Counted from the first letter of the stretch, positions 40,101 to 53,812 are shown. The stretch: 64,000 nucleotides of DNA from Octopus sinensis (GCF_006345805.1 NC_043010.1:64418001-64482000); one strand, 5' to 3'. Made by a program: numbers and translations. The notes: generated from the letters alone by a model not told the origin.

Positions 40101-41112
40101 GAATTCTCAGACGCTCGTTAATCCCGACTGAGAATTCTTCCAACTTGTCCACAAGAGTAGTCTTAGCAGCAAATGCTACGCCAGCCTCTCCTCTAAATAT
40201 TTCATCTCTCCCTTTCCAAAAGAATGTATATTTTCCACAAGATTCAGTAAGATGACCATCTCCAACTAATCTCGTCTCAGATTAAACAATGATGTCAAGA
40301 TCATAGCATCGAAGCTCCTTCACAACAAGAGCAGTCTTTCGTTAAGGACATTCTGAGGACTCGCGGTCAAGCAGTGTCCATACATTACAACAGCCAATAT
40401 TCAATATTTTATTTGGTTCTATCACAGTAGCACGATGACGGCCGGGTTCAGACTGTGATTCCCTGGAGTCCCTGCCGGGCCAGACTCTTTCATTTGAAAT
40501 GGTTCCAGAGTCCTTACTGCCATTTATTTTTATACTGTTTAGGTACATCATTGATTGTTTGCTTTTTAACGCTACAGCCAGCCATTCGGTTGACATTCAT
40601 AGCACTATCAACAATCATCAATTAGTTAATTAATTAATCAATCAATCAGTCAATTTTGTTATTGGGCAATGCTTGTGCAAGAAGATTTTTTTTAAGTGAG
40701 GGAAGGCAGTGCACCGAGTCAATCCCACTCACTAAACAACAGCAGCCATAATCCGAAAAGAAGTCAACATCATTGGTAACCACTAAGCTGCAGGTTTTAT
40801 GTCGGAGTTATCCCAGTTACCTGAGTTGCTTTCTCCTAGAAGGATGCCCTAACAAAGGCTAGGGGTCCTTCACTCCCAATGGTTTAACCACGCGATTGGG
40901 TATTCAGTCCGATTATTTCTACGTCCCCGCGCAAGATACAGCCATACGCTGGATAAACTAGATAAAAAAATCTACAATATATAAAAATATTGATATACAA
41001 TATATACATAAAATATACGATATGGAATACATAAGATTGACATACAACATATACAATTTAAAAACACAATATAAAATATGTACACACACACATGCTGAAA
41101 TACAATATGCAC

Positions 41113-41170
<58 letters not shown>

Positions 41171-41424
41171 CTAAAATGCAATATTTACAATACACACATG
41201 CAAACACTCCACAAACACACGAATTTGAATGGCCGTTGACTACGTTGTAGTTCCTCTGCCTTTTGACGGGTCTTATTTTTTGTCTCGCAGGGTGTTCATC
41301 AAGCACACATGTCACCAAGCATGCCTGGTGGCATTGCTAGTTTAGTCGCCGACGACCAGACCATGGAACAAGTTGTACTGGAATACATGGTACCAGTAGC
41401 ACTCAAGCGCAACCTTACCTGGCC
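37116..41424 (-). mobile_element. Near full-length RTE (BovB-like) LINE, degenerate
   Basis: APE start LNIGCCNVWTLLD, WTDHSLV; RT LPESQSGFR, FVDLTKAFDTVNR, LYADDG; 5' UTR 40590-40957 and 41225-41424 split by a microsatellite. Confidence 0.92.
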
Positions 41425-41426
41425 TG

Positions 41427-41465
<39 letters not shown>

Positions 41466-41466
<1 letters not shown>

Positions 41467-41742
41467 GAGACACAATGGCCCAGTGTTTAGGGCAGCGGTT
41501 TCGATTCGCAGATCGGGCATTGTGAGTGTTTATTGAGCGAAAACACCTATGGCTCCACGAGGCTCCGGCAGCGGGTGGTGGCGATCCCTGCTGTACTCTT
41601 TCGCTACCTTCTCTCACTCTTTCTTCTGTTGGCCTGCATGCCTAGCCAGCGGGATGGCATCATTTGAAGGCTGAAACAATGCGAGGCGCATTGTGACCAG
41701 CGATGTGTAGCAACATCTGATAGCCTGGTCGGTCACGGTGGT
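41466..41742 (+). mobile_element. tRNA-derived SINE
   Basis: A-box-like tggcccagtg, B-box-like ggtttcgattc; ends in (AT)n. Confidence 0.7.
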
Positions 41743-41779
41743 GTATATATATATATATATATGTGTGTGTGTATATATA

Positions 41780-41858
<79 letters not shown>

Positions 41859-42001
41859 CTTACTTGGAAATGGATGCGTGGCGTTCGATCATTTATATGA
41901 AAAATATATGCATATAACCATACATATACGTACATTTGTTTTTACACATTATATATTATGTCTATGTAATTACTATTGATAATTATATTATCTTATTTCA
42001 G

Positions 42002-42075
42002 ATGATCATTCTCGCATAATTCTGCATCCAGATGAGATATCATATTCAGATTACATTAATGCATCCTATTTAAAC
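42002..42075 (+). CDS. Exon: PTP motifs 2-3
   Basis: tttcag / gtaagt, phase 1-0; YDHSRIILHPDEISYSDYINASYLN. Confidence 0.95.
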
Positions 42076-44242
42076 GTAAGTATTACAAAGAATATATTTA
42101 GAGTACACTTCAATGTAATTTATATGCAGTTTAGATCGTTAAACATTATATTCCATACGTTTATCTTTATCTTATATATTAATATTATAAAATACACATA
42201 GCATATTATTATAAGACTTTTAAAAGGTTCGTGCAATACGTCTAACATATGTGTGAAATACATATACGTTATCTCTACATTACATACACTATATGCAACA
42301 TGTTTCTTTAGATTTTTATACGGCATGACAGCATATAAGATGTACCATACGTATAGTGTACATGCAACATATAACGTATATATGTCCTAAAACATTTTTG
42401 TGTCATATTTGTATACATGACCCATCTTTGGAATATATGGACATATATAATATATGCTTGCAATATATTATATATTATTTACCTATATTCTAATTCATTA
42501 AGCAAAATACACACATATGAGCAAGTATTATGTAATATAAGCCAACGAGAGTACACCCACGTAGTTCTTTGAAATAAAATCCAAACATCTTAAAAATGAA
42601 AATGGATACTGTGGTCCTAGATGTCTTTCAAATATCAAGATGTGTTCATAGGTCAGAACAATCAAGTCAGAGCTGGAGTTAAACAACGTTTGCCACGTCA
42701 TTTTGCAACATATCTGTAGAAAGCGTAGTGTATCTTGTGTAGGAAATATTTCATCAGCTCTTTAGTTTGCTTTTAGCCTTCATGGCCAAATCCACGCTGA
42801 TACATCACTCTATATGTATGTGTTCTGAATGTATGCACAAACATACATGCATACATACACACATACATGCATGCATACATACATAAATACATGCATAAAC
42901 ACATACATACATACGTGCACACATGCAAACATAACACATACATACATAAATACATACATACATACATACATACATACATACATACATACATACATACATA
43001 CACACGCAAGCATATGCGTGTGACTTGCTGTAATAGAAATATTTTGATAATTGGCGTCTTAGATATAAAATATTTGTATCTATATTCTGTATGTACTACA
43101 TAAAATTGAAGTGGAGCTTCTAAGTGGCTGCTCGACCTGACCTTCTAGCAATAGTAGCCAAACACCCTTGTAAACTCACTTATCAAGTAAAAGAAGAAGA
43201 AAAGGGTGCAGTGGATAGTGCAGTTTCATATATCCTTAAAACAGGATACTCATCTCTAACACGACCTTCATAACAAACTTTGTTGATCAAAGTTAACCAG
43301 GGGTTAAACAACAACAACAACAACAACATCAACAACAAAAATAACATTGTCATGTATGTAGTTGATGCATGTACCACATCTTCGGTAACAACGATAGAAA
43401 CGTTAGGGTCTCACATATGTAATATAATGTGTAATATGCAATATACACATTATATAACGTGATACAAAATCACATTCGTAATATAAAAATCTTCAATTAT
43501 ATGAGTTTATTCTTGTAATTAGTCGACAAAGGTTTCATCTTGGCCGGATTTAACATTTAGTAAGAGCTCCTGCCTGAAAATTTCTTTGATAATCTCTATT
43601 CTTCGTATTTTTTCTCTGGTAGTAAATTGACATTTGAATGTGGAAGATTCAATTTTGTAACTTTTAAACAAAATATTAGCATCTCATGGTTTTACTCAGG
43701 TAAATTCAATATTTCTATCGTTCACTCCGGCTGATGAATATTCCAAGAAATTTTCTATGATTAACTGGTTTAAAGAAACATGACATGTGTCTTGGTAATA
43801 AGAACAAATCACGGTAAACTACAGTCGTAAGTCGCGAGCAGATATTAATACCCCCTTGGTCCTTCCACTTTTGACCAAGCGGAAACTCCAGAATTTAACT
43901 GAGGCGAGAGAGAGGAGAGAGAGAGAGAGACGCAGAGAGGAAGAGGTAAGAAGCGAAAGAGATAGAGAGAGAGAGAAAGAGAGAGAGAGAGAGGGAGAGA
44001 GAGAGAGAGAAAATGGGGCTGCATCAGAACACGGCTGGTACTAATTACATCTAAGTAAAGTAGACTAACATGAAACGAAGTGAATTGCTCAAGAGTACAT
44101 CGCGACGCCTAATTGTCTATGTATATTAGGTATTTGTATTTAATATGTAGAAACTGCTTGGAAGTATTTTCACTTTAGCTATTTTGTTGACGCTATATGT
44201 TCTTTCTGTCACTTGTTTGCTTAATCTGTTTCTCTGTTACAG

Positions 44243-44267
44243 AATCGGAAGTACATAATAACTCAAG
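44243..44267 (+). CDS. Microexon: PTP motif 4
   Basis: ctctgttacag / gtaagt, 25 bp, phase 0-1; NRKYIITQ(G). Confidence 0.88.
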
Positions 44268-44899
44268 GTAAGTGGGTTCAGACTGAACATAGCAATCTAT
44301 CACGAACTTATGTTATTTTAATAATTTTATTATCTGTTATATATATTTTCTTTGCTGATGTAAAATAACAATAGCTTTCTCAGATTATAAATAATATATT
44401 TATTTATAAGTGGTGATTGTTATTTCTCAATTTCACAATACAGCATATTTTGGGAACTTTTATGTGGTCACTCGATATGCTATCAACAGAAGAGTGCAAT
44501 GGACAATGTAGTACCTACTATACAAAAAGGACAGGATGGTGACAGCTTGATCGTTTTTGACCACAGTTAAACTCAATTAGGTTTACTTAGGACTATACAA
44601 TAATAGCAACATGCCAAGCTCACGAAGGGGCCTTACAATGCTGCAGAACAAACAGTTAGAAATATCACATAAATCTTCTTCAAGTCACACTCGTCAGAAA
44701 AAGATTGGTCACGTAAGTTAATTTAATGCAGTCCCAGAAAATAGGTGGAATGGTCACGGCTTAAATGATCTTGAAAGTAGGCCTGCTCAATTAAGGCTAA
44801 CCACGGGCTAAATAATAACAGTAGCGTTATGCTTTTGTAACTTATTGATTATGATAATTAAAGTACCTGACTATAGAGGTTTGTGTAGTGGTTTGATTC

Positions 44900-45240
44900 T
44901 GACACAATCAGGTCAGGTGAGGGGACATGCTGCAATCACCATTTGTCGGTATATTCCCGAGTTCTCCCGGGCGACCCGTCAAACAGAGTTCCAGTCAGTC
45001 TTCATCTCCACGAGACACCGCCTTATCTTCCGTGATCATGTGGCATATGGTCGACCAATACAAATTGTCAACCTATCTGGGTCCTCAATGAAGAAAACAT
45101 TGTAACAAGATCTAACTCGGGAAATCGAGCAACATGGCCAAACAATCTGAGCTGGCACTCCCAAATTAAATGAGTAACAAGATGCATCCTAGTTTCTGAG
45201 TAGAGTCGTTGGTTAGTCATAGTTTAAAAATTCTGGTCTA
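44900..45240 (-). mobile_element. Old RTE-like RT 3' fragment
   Basis: CQLRLFGHVARFPE remnant. Confidence 0.55.
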
Positions 45241-45349
45241 TATTTCATTCAAAATTGGTGAAATTATACGTTCCCCACTGCCCCAAGCACTCTCCTCTAT
45301 CCACAGCATCTGATGTTATTTCTTTTTGGTATCTAATCCATGATTTTTT

Positions 45350-45648
45350 AAGGCCATTTCAAACTGCTAAGAGTGATGCACTTAGTGCTTAACTGTTTCG
45401 GTGCCATTTTCCCGAGCAGGAAACAGAATTTCACGGAAGAACGCTGTTCTTTCGTTTTAGCCATCACAAAAATCGATGAAACAATGGAAAACAAAGATGC
45501 ACCACGTGGCAATACGATATCTGTACAGAACGCCAGTGGCAGACTGATGTTTGAGGGTCGCACAAAGTAGCTTCTAGTGTCAGAAGCCTGAACTACAACT
45601 AGCTTGTCCCACAGAGAACATTTCCGGTTACTTTTGTACACTCCCTTG
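45350..45648 (-). mobile_element. Mariner 5' fragment
   Basis: TIR tacaagggagtgtacaaaagtaaccgg; MAKTKEQRSSVKFCFLLGK N-terminus. Confidence 0.75.
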
Positions 45649-46598
45649 TATACATATTTACCGAGCGTCAAGCTAATAGGTTACTTTTGCACGTCCTGTT
45701 CGTTAATTTTATTCGTTTACTTGAATGATAATTTATTTGAATTGACTATATATATATATACATGTGTGTGTTTGTGTGTGTGTGCGTATGTGTGCGTGTG
45801 AGAGAGAGAAACTGATAAACTAATCATTTTACCATAAAAAATTGCAGTATATTTTGATTAAAACAGCAGCAACTTTTAGTTCGCCTGCATTTATTATCAG
45901 CTTCTGTTACACATTCCCACTCCATTAGCTGTTTTAGCTTTCTTTTCCAGCGTAAGAGGCTTGTCAATAAATTATCTTTTCAACTTCTACACTTCGGAAC
46001 TTGAAATTGTAAAGATAACTAACCTAAACCACCTTAAACCCGTTTTCGGGGGAAAAAAAAAGGTCCATAGTGAACATGACGTAAGTTAAATTAGTTTAAA
46101 CATACAAAAACTAACTTCCTACCAATTCTATTTAGTGAAAATAGTGGTCAACGTACAAACAAACTTAGCTTTTTATAAGTACAATGATATAATGAGTGCA
46201 CAAACAAAAGAAAGTAGGTCCCAGTATATTTGTTTAAAGTTTTTATGAGCACTCCGATTTGATATGGTGAATTCCTAGTACACCCATGAAATTTTAAGCA
46301 ATGTAAAACTAAGTGACAGTTTTATTAAATGTGTGTGTATATGTGTATGTGTGTGTGCGCATGCGCGTTTGTGCATGTGTGTGCATATGTATGCATATAT
46401 GTATGTATATGTGTGTGTGTATGTAGTTATATATGTATGCGTCTGTCTGTCTAGCTATGTATCTATCTATCTATTGAAAAGTTTAGTGTTTCCGGTCGTG
46501 AGACAATTATTTATCGTATACTAATAAATCTTATCCAAGTTGTAGATCCGCCTGATGAATTGGTTGATCTCATAGATTTTATGTTTCTCTTTTTACAG

Positions 46599-46695
46599 GG
46601 CCTCTAAAAGAAACCATTGTAGATTTTTGGAGAATGATATGGCAACAAGAATGTACAACGATTATCATGTTTCAGAATATGAAGAAAAAGGAAAG
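46599..46695 (+). CDS. Exon: PTP motifs 5-6, carries an apparent 1-nt deletion
   Basis: GPLKETIVDFWRMIWQQECTTIIMF then frame shifts to EYEEKGK; 97 bp where 98 is needed for the phase 0 junction. Confidence 0.9.
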
Positions 46696-48137
46696 GTGAC
46701 GAAGATAAATTAAGCATCAGCATCATTTCAGGATCAGTTATTCTGATACGATGCAAATTGTTCTTGGTGTAGTAAACAGTATGTCTAGCACTGGTGATTT
46801 TGTTGCTGGACCCCTTGTCAGCTCTCACTCTGCAGACACGAAGTCAAAGATTTTCTGTCCTTCTCCTTCCGATTCTTTCCTCTCTCTGATATTCTCTACT
46901 TAAAACTACATTATGCAGTGTTTCATTCCTCTTTCAAAATGGTAAGGAGATTTTGTTGCTGTTCCTAGTAGTACGGGGGACTATGTGACAAAGATTGTCT
47001 TGTTTGCTACTGAATTGCCTGTATCAACTTTGATAAACAATATCAGATTAGAGGTCGCCACACGAACATATAGATGTGACCCATTGGTCAACTTGATCCG
47101 CGTTGTTATTGATGTTGTTTAGGTCCAGACCAGTCGCGACTGAGGGCACTTATGATTCCAGCCACATCATTCCAACCATAAACATTCTGTCTTCAGTTTT
47201 AGATAAAATATATCTAAGACTATATTACTCTAAACACGTTTTCTTCTTTTATGGGGATGTAATTTGAGGAAGATGCAATCGCTATTTCTAGGATGTAGAA
47301 ATGCTGTGTAAATGCTCCTCTGAACAATTACTCATTCCTTCTAATTTAGTTGTTGGCGTTCCTCCTGATTTTTACTGTAGCTATGTTTTCAGCGAAGTAG
47401 CTATTAGTGATCAAAGTTGTTGTTGCTGTAGTTTTTGATGTTGTTGTTGTTTAACCCTTGGTGAGGACCGACGAAGTACGTTTATGTTCCAAATGCGTTC
47501 CAGATGTGACTGTTGTTGAATTAGATGATAAAACAGTTAGCATCCGCTGCTATTGATGATGATGATGATGATGATAGTTAGCCATAGTCATCTGAGAATG
47601 CTTAGATTTATGAGTAAAACGTGAAACTATAAAACGCTTATTGTTTTGACTTGTAAACCCGATACGGTGCATTTAATTTCACCTATACCACAGTGGTGCT
47701 ATTTATGACTGAAGACTTTTTCACTTCAGAGTTAATCACATGCTACTGTTTTGTGAAAACTTTATAATACTCTTGTAACTACGTCACCTTAGGTCAATGC
47801 TGATCGAGAAGACCAATGAGCAAAGCTGTTATAACCGTGTCCATTATATCGTTTTTAAAAGATATCTATCTTGGACTATTTTTCTAATGTATCCGTTGTA
47901 TATTTAAAAGAGTATGTATGATTGGAGAGATTTCGCTGTTATTTTTAGCAAATCAAACGATCAGTAAAGGCTCCCTTATTGGTTTGGTTTAAGATTCTGT
48001 TTTTTTTTCTTGCTCAAAACTAGTTCCTTGTTTGGGTGTGCCGTTTTATGACTTAGAGCTCATAGTGTTATCATTATTAGACTTGTTTTGAGAATATAAA
48101 TTGGCGATACTTCTTATTTCTTCTTCTGTTTGTTGAA

Positions 48138-48250
48138 TACGAAGGGATGCTGAAAAGTTTATGGCTTTGGGTAAAAGAAAATACAAGCGGTTCAACATAT
48201 TCTCCTCTCATATTGATACACTTATTGTAGCATTCTTCAGTTTTTCTAAT
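48138..48250 (+). mobile_element. Mariner-type TIR fragment (a related one at 53616-53690)
   Basis: tacgaagggatgctgaaaagtt / gcgagggtgggctgaaaagttc. Confidence 0.6.
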
Positions 48251-49714
48251 TCCTCTTTCGCGATACCCTTAAAGCGGGGAAATTCTTAGCACCTCCTCAT
48301 ATGTTGCTGTTGGAATTGCTTTGGATCTTATATTTTGCGTTTCAGTAAATGTTAGACTGACAGTTCCATACACCTGAAAATAGTGCTAGATATTTGTTAT
48401 AAGGTATCAATTTTTTTATGACTGTAATGCCAAACCTTTTTTATTGGGCTTCTCAAAATTTTAATTTCTTTAATCTTCCTGTTATTGGCGTGTCACTTAC
48501 ATGCATTTTGTTATAAAAATTTTATGAACTAATTATTTTTTGGAAAATCTCTTAGCACACAAAGCCATAAATAATATCACGTAAATACTTTTGGATAGAA
48601 AAAGTCGAAAGTTACCCGTGGGCCTCGAACCTACATATCTTGTAGACATGACAGGCATTCTACAGAAGATGCGGGTTCGAGCTCTACAGCTAGCTTTCGA
48701 ATTTTTTTTTATCCAATAGGATTTTGCAACCCAATATTTACGAGCTTGAAGGTTTTCAAAAAGAAGAAAAGAAAAAAAATCTAGTTCACGTTGTCTCGAA
48801 AGTTTATAAAATTCTTACGACGTCAACAACATACAATTCTCGTGGGTAAGAATTAAATTTCAAAAATGGATTGATAAATTCGAAGGATTTCTATGGTAGG
48901 ATGAATGTTATGTCTACAGAATAAGTAGGTTGCCATCTAACAGGCAGTATTTGCCTTTTTCTACCCCAAAGGGTTTTTAACCCAATATTTATATGCTATT
49001 ATAATTTTATGTGTGTCCTTCCAGATATTCCAAAAGAATATGCACTTTTGTATTTTAGTTCTATGTAAATGCTTACAAATAAGAACTTTTGCAATATGAT
49101 GTAGGGAATACTTTTTCTCCCACTTCATTTCATGTTGCCATTACTGATATGAGTGTCATAGGTCGCCTTTATTGCCCCAATTCATGTTAGTGAACAAGTG
49201 GTTAATGTTGGTCATTACATTGCCTGTTGAAAAATAAAGAAGTATTTTGTAACTTTACTTTTCCCTGTATAGGACTGACAAAATGTGAATGAAGCTAAGA
49301 AGTTTCAACTATTTCATAGAAAAATAACTATGGACTCAGCTAAAATATAGTAGATATATCAGAGTGTTAATTGAAGTTCCACTGAGTTCAACGTTGACTG
49401 CCATCATTCAAGAGTTGATGAAATAAAGTAGCATTCAACTCTAGGGTCAATATAATATTTCTGTAAAAGAATCTAGATGTGAATAAAAAGTTATAACATA
49501 ACTTGTAAAATGTAACATTTTATACTATTTTATTATCTAGCTTCTATTTAGTAGTAGTATATTTTATACCTTGTACACGTAAGATTTTCTAGTATTATCT
49601 GACTCCTTAATGTAGTACTATTATCTTCGTGTACTGGCTGGGTCTCAGATATGGGTGCTGTAATTGAGATTTATCAGTGTATAATAACTAAAACATAGAT
49701 TTACTTGATTGTAG

Positions 49715-49837
49715 ATAAAAAATATTCAGTACTGGCCAAATGTCACAGAAACAGTGGAGTATGGTTTAATGAAAATTAAAACCATTAGTATAGCTACAAA
49801 CGCAGTCTACGAAAAGAGGAAATTCCACATCTTCAAG
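49715..49837 (+). CDS. Exon: PTP motif 7
   Basis: ttgtag / gtaatg, phase 0-0; IKNIQYWPNVTETVEYGLMKIKTISIATNAVYEKRKFHIFK. Confidence 0.9.
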
Positions 49838-50519
49838 GTAATGTGCTAACCTAATAAATTCGATTTCACTTAGCAGAAAATATTATATGGGAAAACCTCG
49901 CGTAAATAAGCAAGACATCTACGTAGTAGTGGATGTGTGCGTGTGTGCGTATGGGGGTGGATGGATGAGAGTATGTATGTATGTGTGTGTGTGTGTGTGT
50001 ATGTGCGCGCGTGAGAGAGAGAGAGAGAGCTAGTGAAGGAAATAAAAGGAGAGTGTAACGTCTGTTGTGGTGTTTATCACCAAGTATCATCACCAGTTGT
50101 AACGTATTAGAATAAGAAATAGTAAACAATAGCACGACTGACGAAAACGATTAGACCGTAGTCTCAGGTTCAGGACTGAAGCTACTCCCTGTGATATTTT
50201 CCAAGCTCAATTTCTGCCCCAACAAAAATTTCAAAATCACCATTTCAAGACAACAAAATAAATTTGAATACGAAGTTTTACATTTCACAGCCAAAAAATT
50301 GTAGTTTTTATAATGTAATTATTTATAGCCATATGAACTGGGCCAGTAAAAGTTAACAGCCTTGACTTTGGATGGTGTACCACCGATCGATATGTAGAAT
50401 GAATGGGATAGAAATAAATTCATTCCAGATGAATCAAGTGGAATGAGTGTCTGGTCTCTACCCACTACGATCCTCCCAGGAATAGTGGAGGGAGGAGATG
50501 GATATATACATGTACATAC

Positions 50520-50580
<61 letters not shown>

Positions 50581-51506
50581 TTTATATATTGTGTGTGTGT
50601 GTGTGTGAATGTACGAGTTTTGGGTGTTTATTTTTTATTTACGTATAAAAATGCAAAGTACTTAATACAGGTCTCTTAGAATTTTAGACAGTCTGTTACA
50701 ATTTTGCACTGTAAACGGAAATATAAACTGATATCAGAAGGATTCATCTGCAGGTTTGATATAGTCTATATTCCAGACCAACCGATGTGAACGGATGATC
50801 AATGTTTGCACGCAAAACACATATTTTGTATACATACATATAAGGTGGTTGTTTACTTCTTATACAAAGTCTGACCACCTCTTTTACTTACACCTTAGAT
50901 TTATCATGGCGTCTAATGTGGCTTTTTAAACCAGTCAATATTTTAAAAAGACACCCACATATATTACATATCTGCTTTAGACTATCAAGACCTGCAGTTA
51001 AGTTCTGATCTTAAAATGTCTTTTGAGGCCACTGTTAGATTTGCAGACTGTGTGACATATGCACAGACAGATTGATAGAGTAATTGGTGGAGGTTTGTTT
51101 TTCAAGGGTCTGTAAATGAGACTTGAGCCCAGCAAAAGAAAGGAATGGTCTTCCACATATTGTGCACACAAAAAAGGTAGTTCGAATTTATTTTCTCGTT
51201 GATCGCAGCATTTTTCTTTAAATTTCTTTTAAGTTTTGGATGGGTCATCTTGAATTCTTCAAAAGCCTTCACTCCACTCTATACTTTCATTCATTCATAC
51301 ATACATACATACATACATACATACATACATACAAACAAAAATACCCTGTGTTGGGGTAGAAGTTCCAACGAAAGAGCTTCGAATCTGTCTTGATACAACA
51401 CAAATGATATTATATACAGTTATTATACTATGAACCTTCCATAGTAGCTTTCTCTCCGTAACTCGCAAAGCCATTCGGGTTTGTTTATAAAGATATTATT
51501 TATGTA

Positions 51507-51552
<46 letters not shown>

Positions 51553-51609
51553 GTATAGGTATGTATATATATGTGTATGTATGTTATATATATATAAGAT
51601 GTACCCAGT

Positions 51610-52280
51610 GTAAGCTATGGACACATAAGAGGTGCAGCAATGTCAAAGGTAGGCTAACTGGGAAGATAGTTTTTGTGTGGCAGATGCTCGGGAGACTTAA
51701 CCTCCGAAAATCTGCAGAAAACAACTTCCGTCACTTTCTAGGGGGAGAAACTAGAAGTAGTTGATAGCTTCGGTTATCTAGGTGACCAAGTCAGTAGTGG
51801 GGTGGGTGCGCTGAAAGCGTAACTGCTAGAATAAGGATAGCCTGGGCAAAGTTTAGGGAGCTCTTACCTCTGCTGGTGACTAAAGGCCTCTCGCTCAGAG
51901 TAAAAGGCAGACTGTTGATGCATGTGTACGAACAGCCATGCTACATGGCAGTGAAACATGGGCCGTGACTGCTGAGGACATGCGTAAGCTCGTGAGAAAT
52001 GAAGCCAGTATGCTCCGATGGATGTGTAATGTCAGTGTACATACTCGACAGAGCGTTAGTACCTTGAGAGAAATGTTGTACCTAAGAAGCATCAGTGGCA
52101 TGTAAAAAGCACCAACTACACTCACGGAGTGGTTGGCGTTAGGAAGGGCATCCAGCTGTAGAAACATTGCCAGATAAGACTGGAGCCTGGTGCAGCCTTC
52201 TGGCTTCCCAGATCCCAGGTTGAACCATCCAACCCATGCTAGCATGGAGAACGGACGTTAACCGATGATGATGATGATGA
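51610..52280 (+). mobile_element. RTE-clade LINE 3' fragment with internal deletion
   Basis: LEVVDSFGYLGDQVS..IRIAWAKFRELLPLL..MLHGSETW; 3' end ggacgttaaccgat(GAT)n. Confidence 0.85.
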
Positions 52281-52282
52281 TG

Positions 52283-52328
<46 letters not shown>

Positions 52329-52480
52329 ATTTGAATGTCTTTGTGAAAATTACTTTTAAAAAAAATTATAAAATCTTTTATCTGGATGTTACCTTTTTGA
52401 AACAAGCTTTATTCCTAGTGCGTGTGCACACTTTCGATTAATCTTCTCAAAAATGTGTATATTTATATGTATGTATGTAT

Positions 52481-53034
52481 GTCAGGTCACTTTCGAATGC
52501 TACTGGTAACATGTAACCCAGTACAACCTGTAGCATGGTCGGGTCGTCGGCGACTAAACCGGCAACCCCACCAAGCTTGCTTGGTGAGGAGGGTGTTTAT
52601 TGGACACCCTGCAGGATGAAAAACAAAACCCGTCAATGGGCGGAGGAACTCTTGAGGGTCAACAGCCATCCAATAAATGTCTTAAGGCTGTATCATGTGC
52701 GGGGACATAGAAATAATCGGACTGAATACCCGATCGGGCGGTTAAACCATTGGGAGTGAAGGACTCCTAGCCTTTGTTAGGGCATCCTTCTAGGAGAAGG
52801 TAACTCAGGTAACTGGGATAACTCCGACATAAAACCTGCGGCTCAGTGGTTACCGATGATGTTGACTTGTTCTTCTTTTCGGATTATGGCTGCTGTTGCT
52901 TAGTGAGTGGGATTGACTCAGGGCACAGCCTTTCCTCACTTTAAAAAAAATCTTCTTGCACAGGCATTGCACAATAACAACATTGATTAAGCTTTGTGCA
53001 ATGGCCATACTTGATAACGAGGGGGCAGCCACCA
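52481..53034 (+). mobile_element. Bipartite non-autonomous RTE derivative (5' UTR plus 3' end)
   Basis: 52481-52980 matches the RTE 5' UTR at 40590-41424; 52987-53010 matches the RTE 3' end at 37116-37140. Confidence 0.8.
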
Positions 53035-53724
53035 TGTATGTATGTATGTACGTATGTATGTACGTACATATGTATGTACGTACGTATGTATGTACGTATG
53101 TATGTATGTATGTATACATACATATATTTATAAGTTTTAAGCAGAATAGAGTGTGGTGGTGAAAAAGATGTTCAGAGAAGATGAAAGAACAGAGAAACGA
53201 GGAATGTTTAGAGAGGAAACACCTATCCAGCCGCCAAAAATTTCGCGGGAATGTAATTATTTACCTACCAAATATTACAATATACCACAGCATTGAACTC
53301 AATTTATTTATTGCTTTATGGGGATAATTAGTAATTTTGGAAGGTGGCCTATTTTTATGGAAGCAATCTGTTTTGTTAAGGGGTTTATTTAGAAAGTTGA
53401 TATAATGTTTATTTATATTGGTACTACTCGATATATTCTTTGGCGTTTGTTTTAGTATTTCTTAAATGACCAGTTTTAGTTTCGACTGCGGATATCCAGT
53501 TGCGACTGTATATCGTAACTTGCTTGAAAACCCTGTGTACCAAATAACCTTAATTATAATAATCTTAACTATGGTATCGAGTACCCTTACTTCTGATAGT
53601 CAATACAAAATAGAATATGCGAGGGTGGGCTGAAAAGTTCATAGGCTGACTATAAAGGAGCGATACTAGAGCTGTGAAATTTTGCATCCATCCATCCGTC
53701 CGTCTGTCTATCTTTCTATATCTA

Positions 53725-53761
<37 letters not shown>

Positions 53762-53767
53762 TTCTAT

Positions 53768-53812
<45 letters not shown>

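Larger units (their letters stand above)
42590..47970. repeat. Several old copies of a short interspersed repeat ending in (AAC)n (about 42600, 43110-43335, 44460-44820, 47100-47290, 47790-47970)
   Basis: Recurring ...ccaggggttaaacaacaac-type ends in both orientations; boundaries approximate. Confidence 0.45.

Noticed and set aside
52481-52640. HDV-like ribozyme in RTE 5' UTR (also tried at Dong 5' end 58545-58700 and SINE 5' end)
   Set aside because: Could not assign P1, P1.1, P3/L3 and P2 consistently by eye; needs an RNAMotif search
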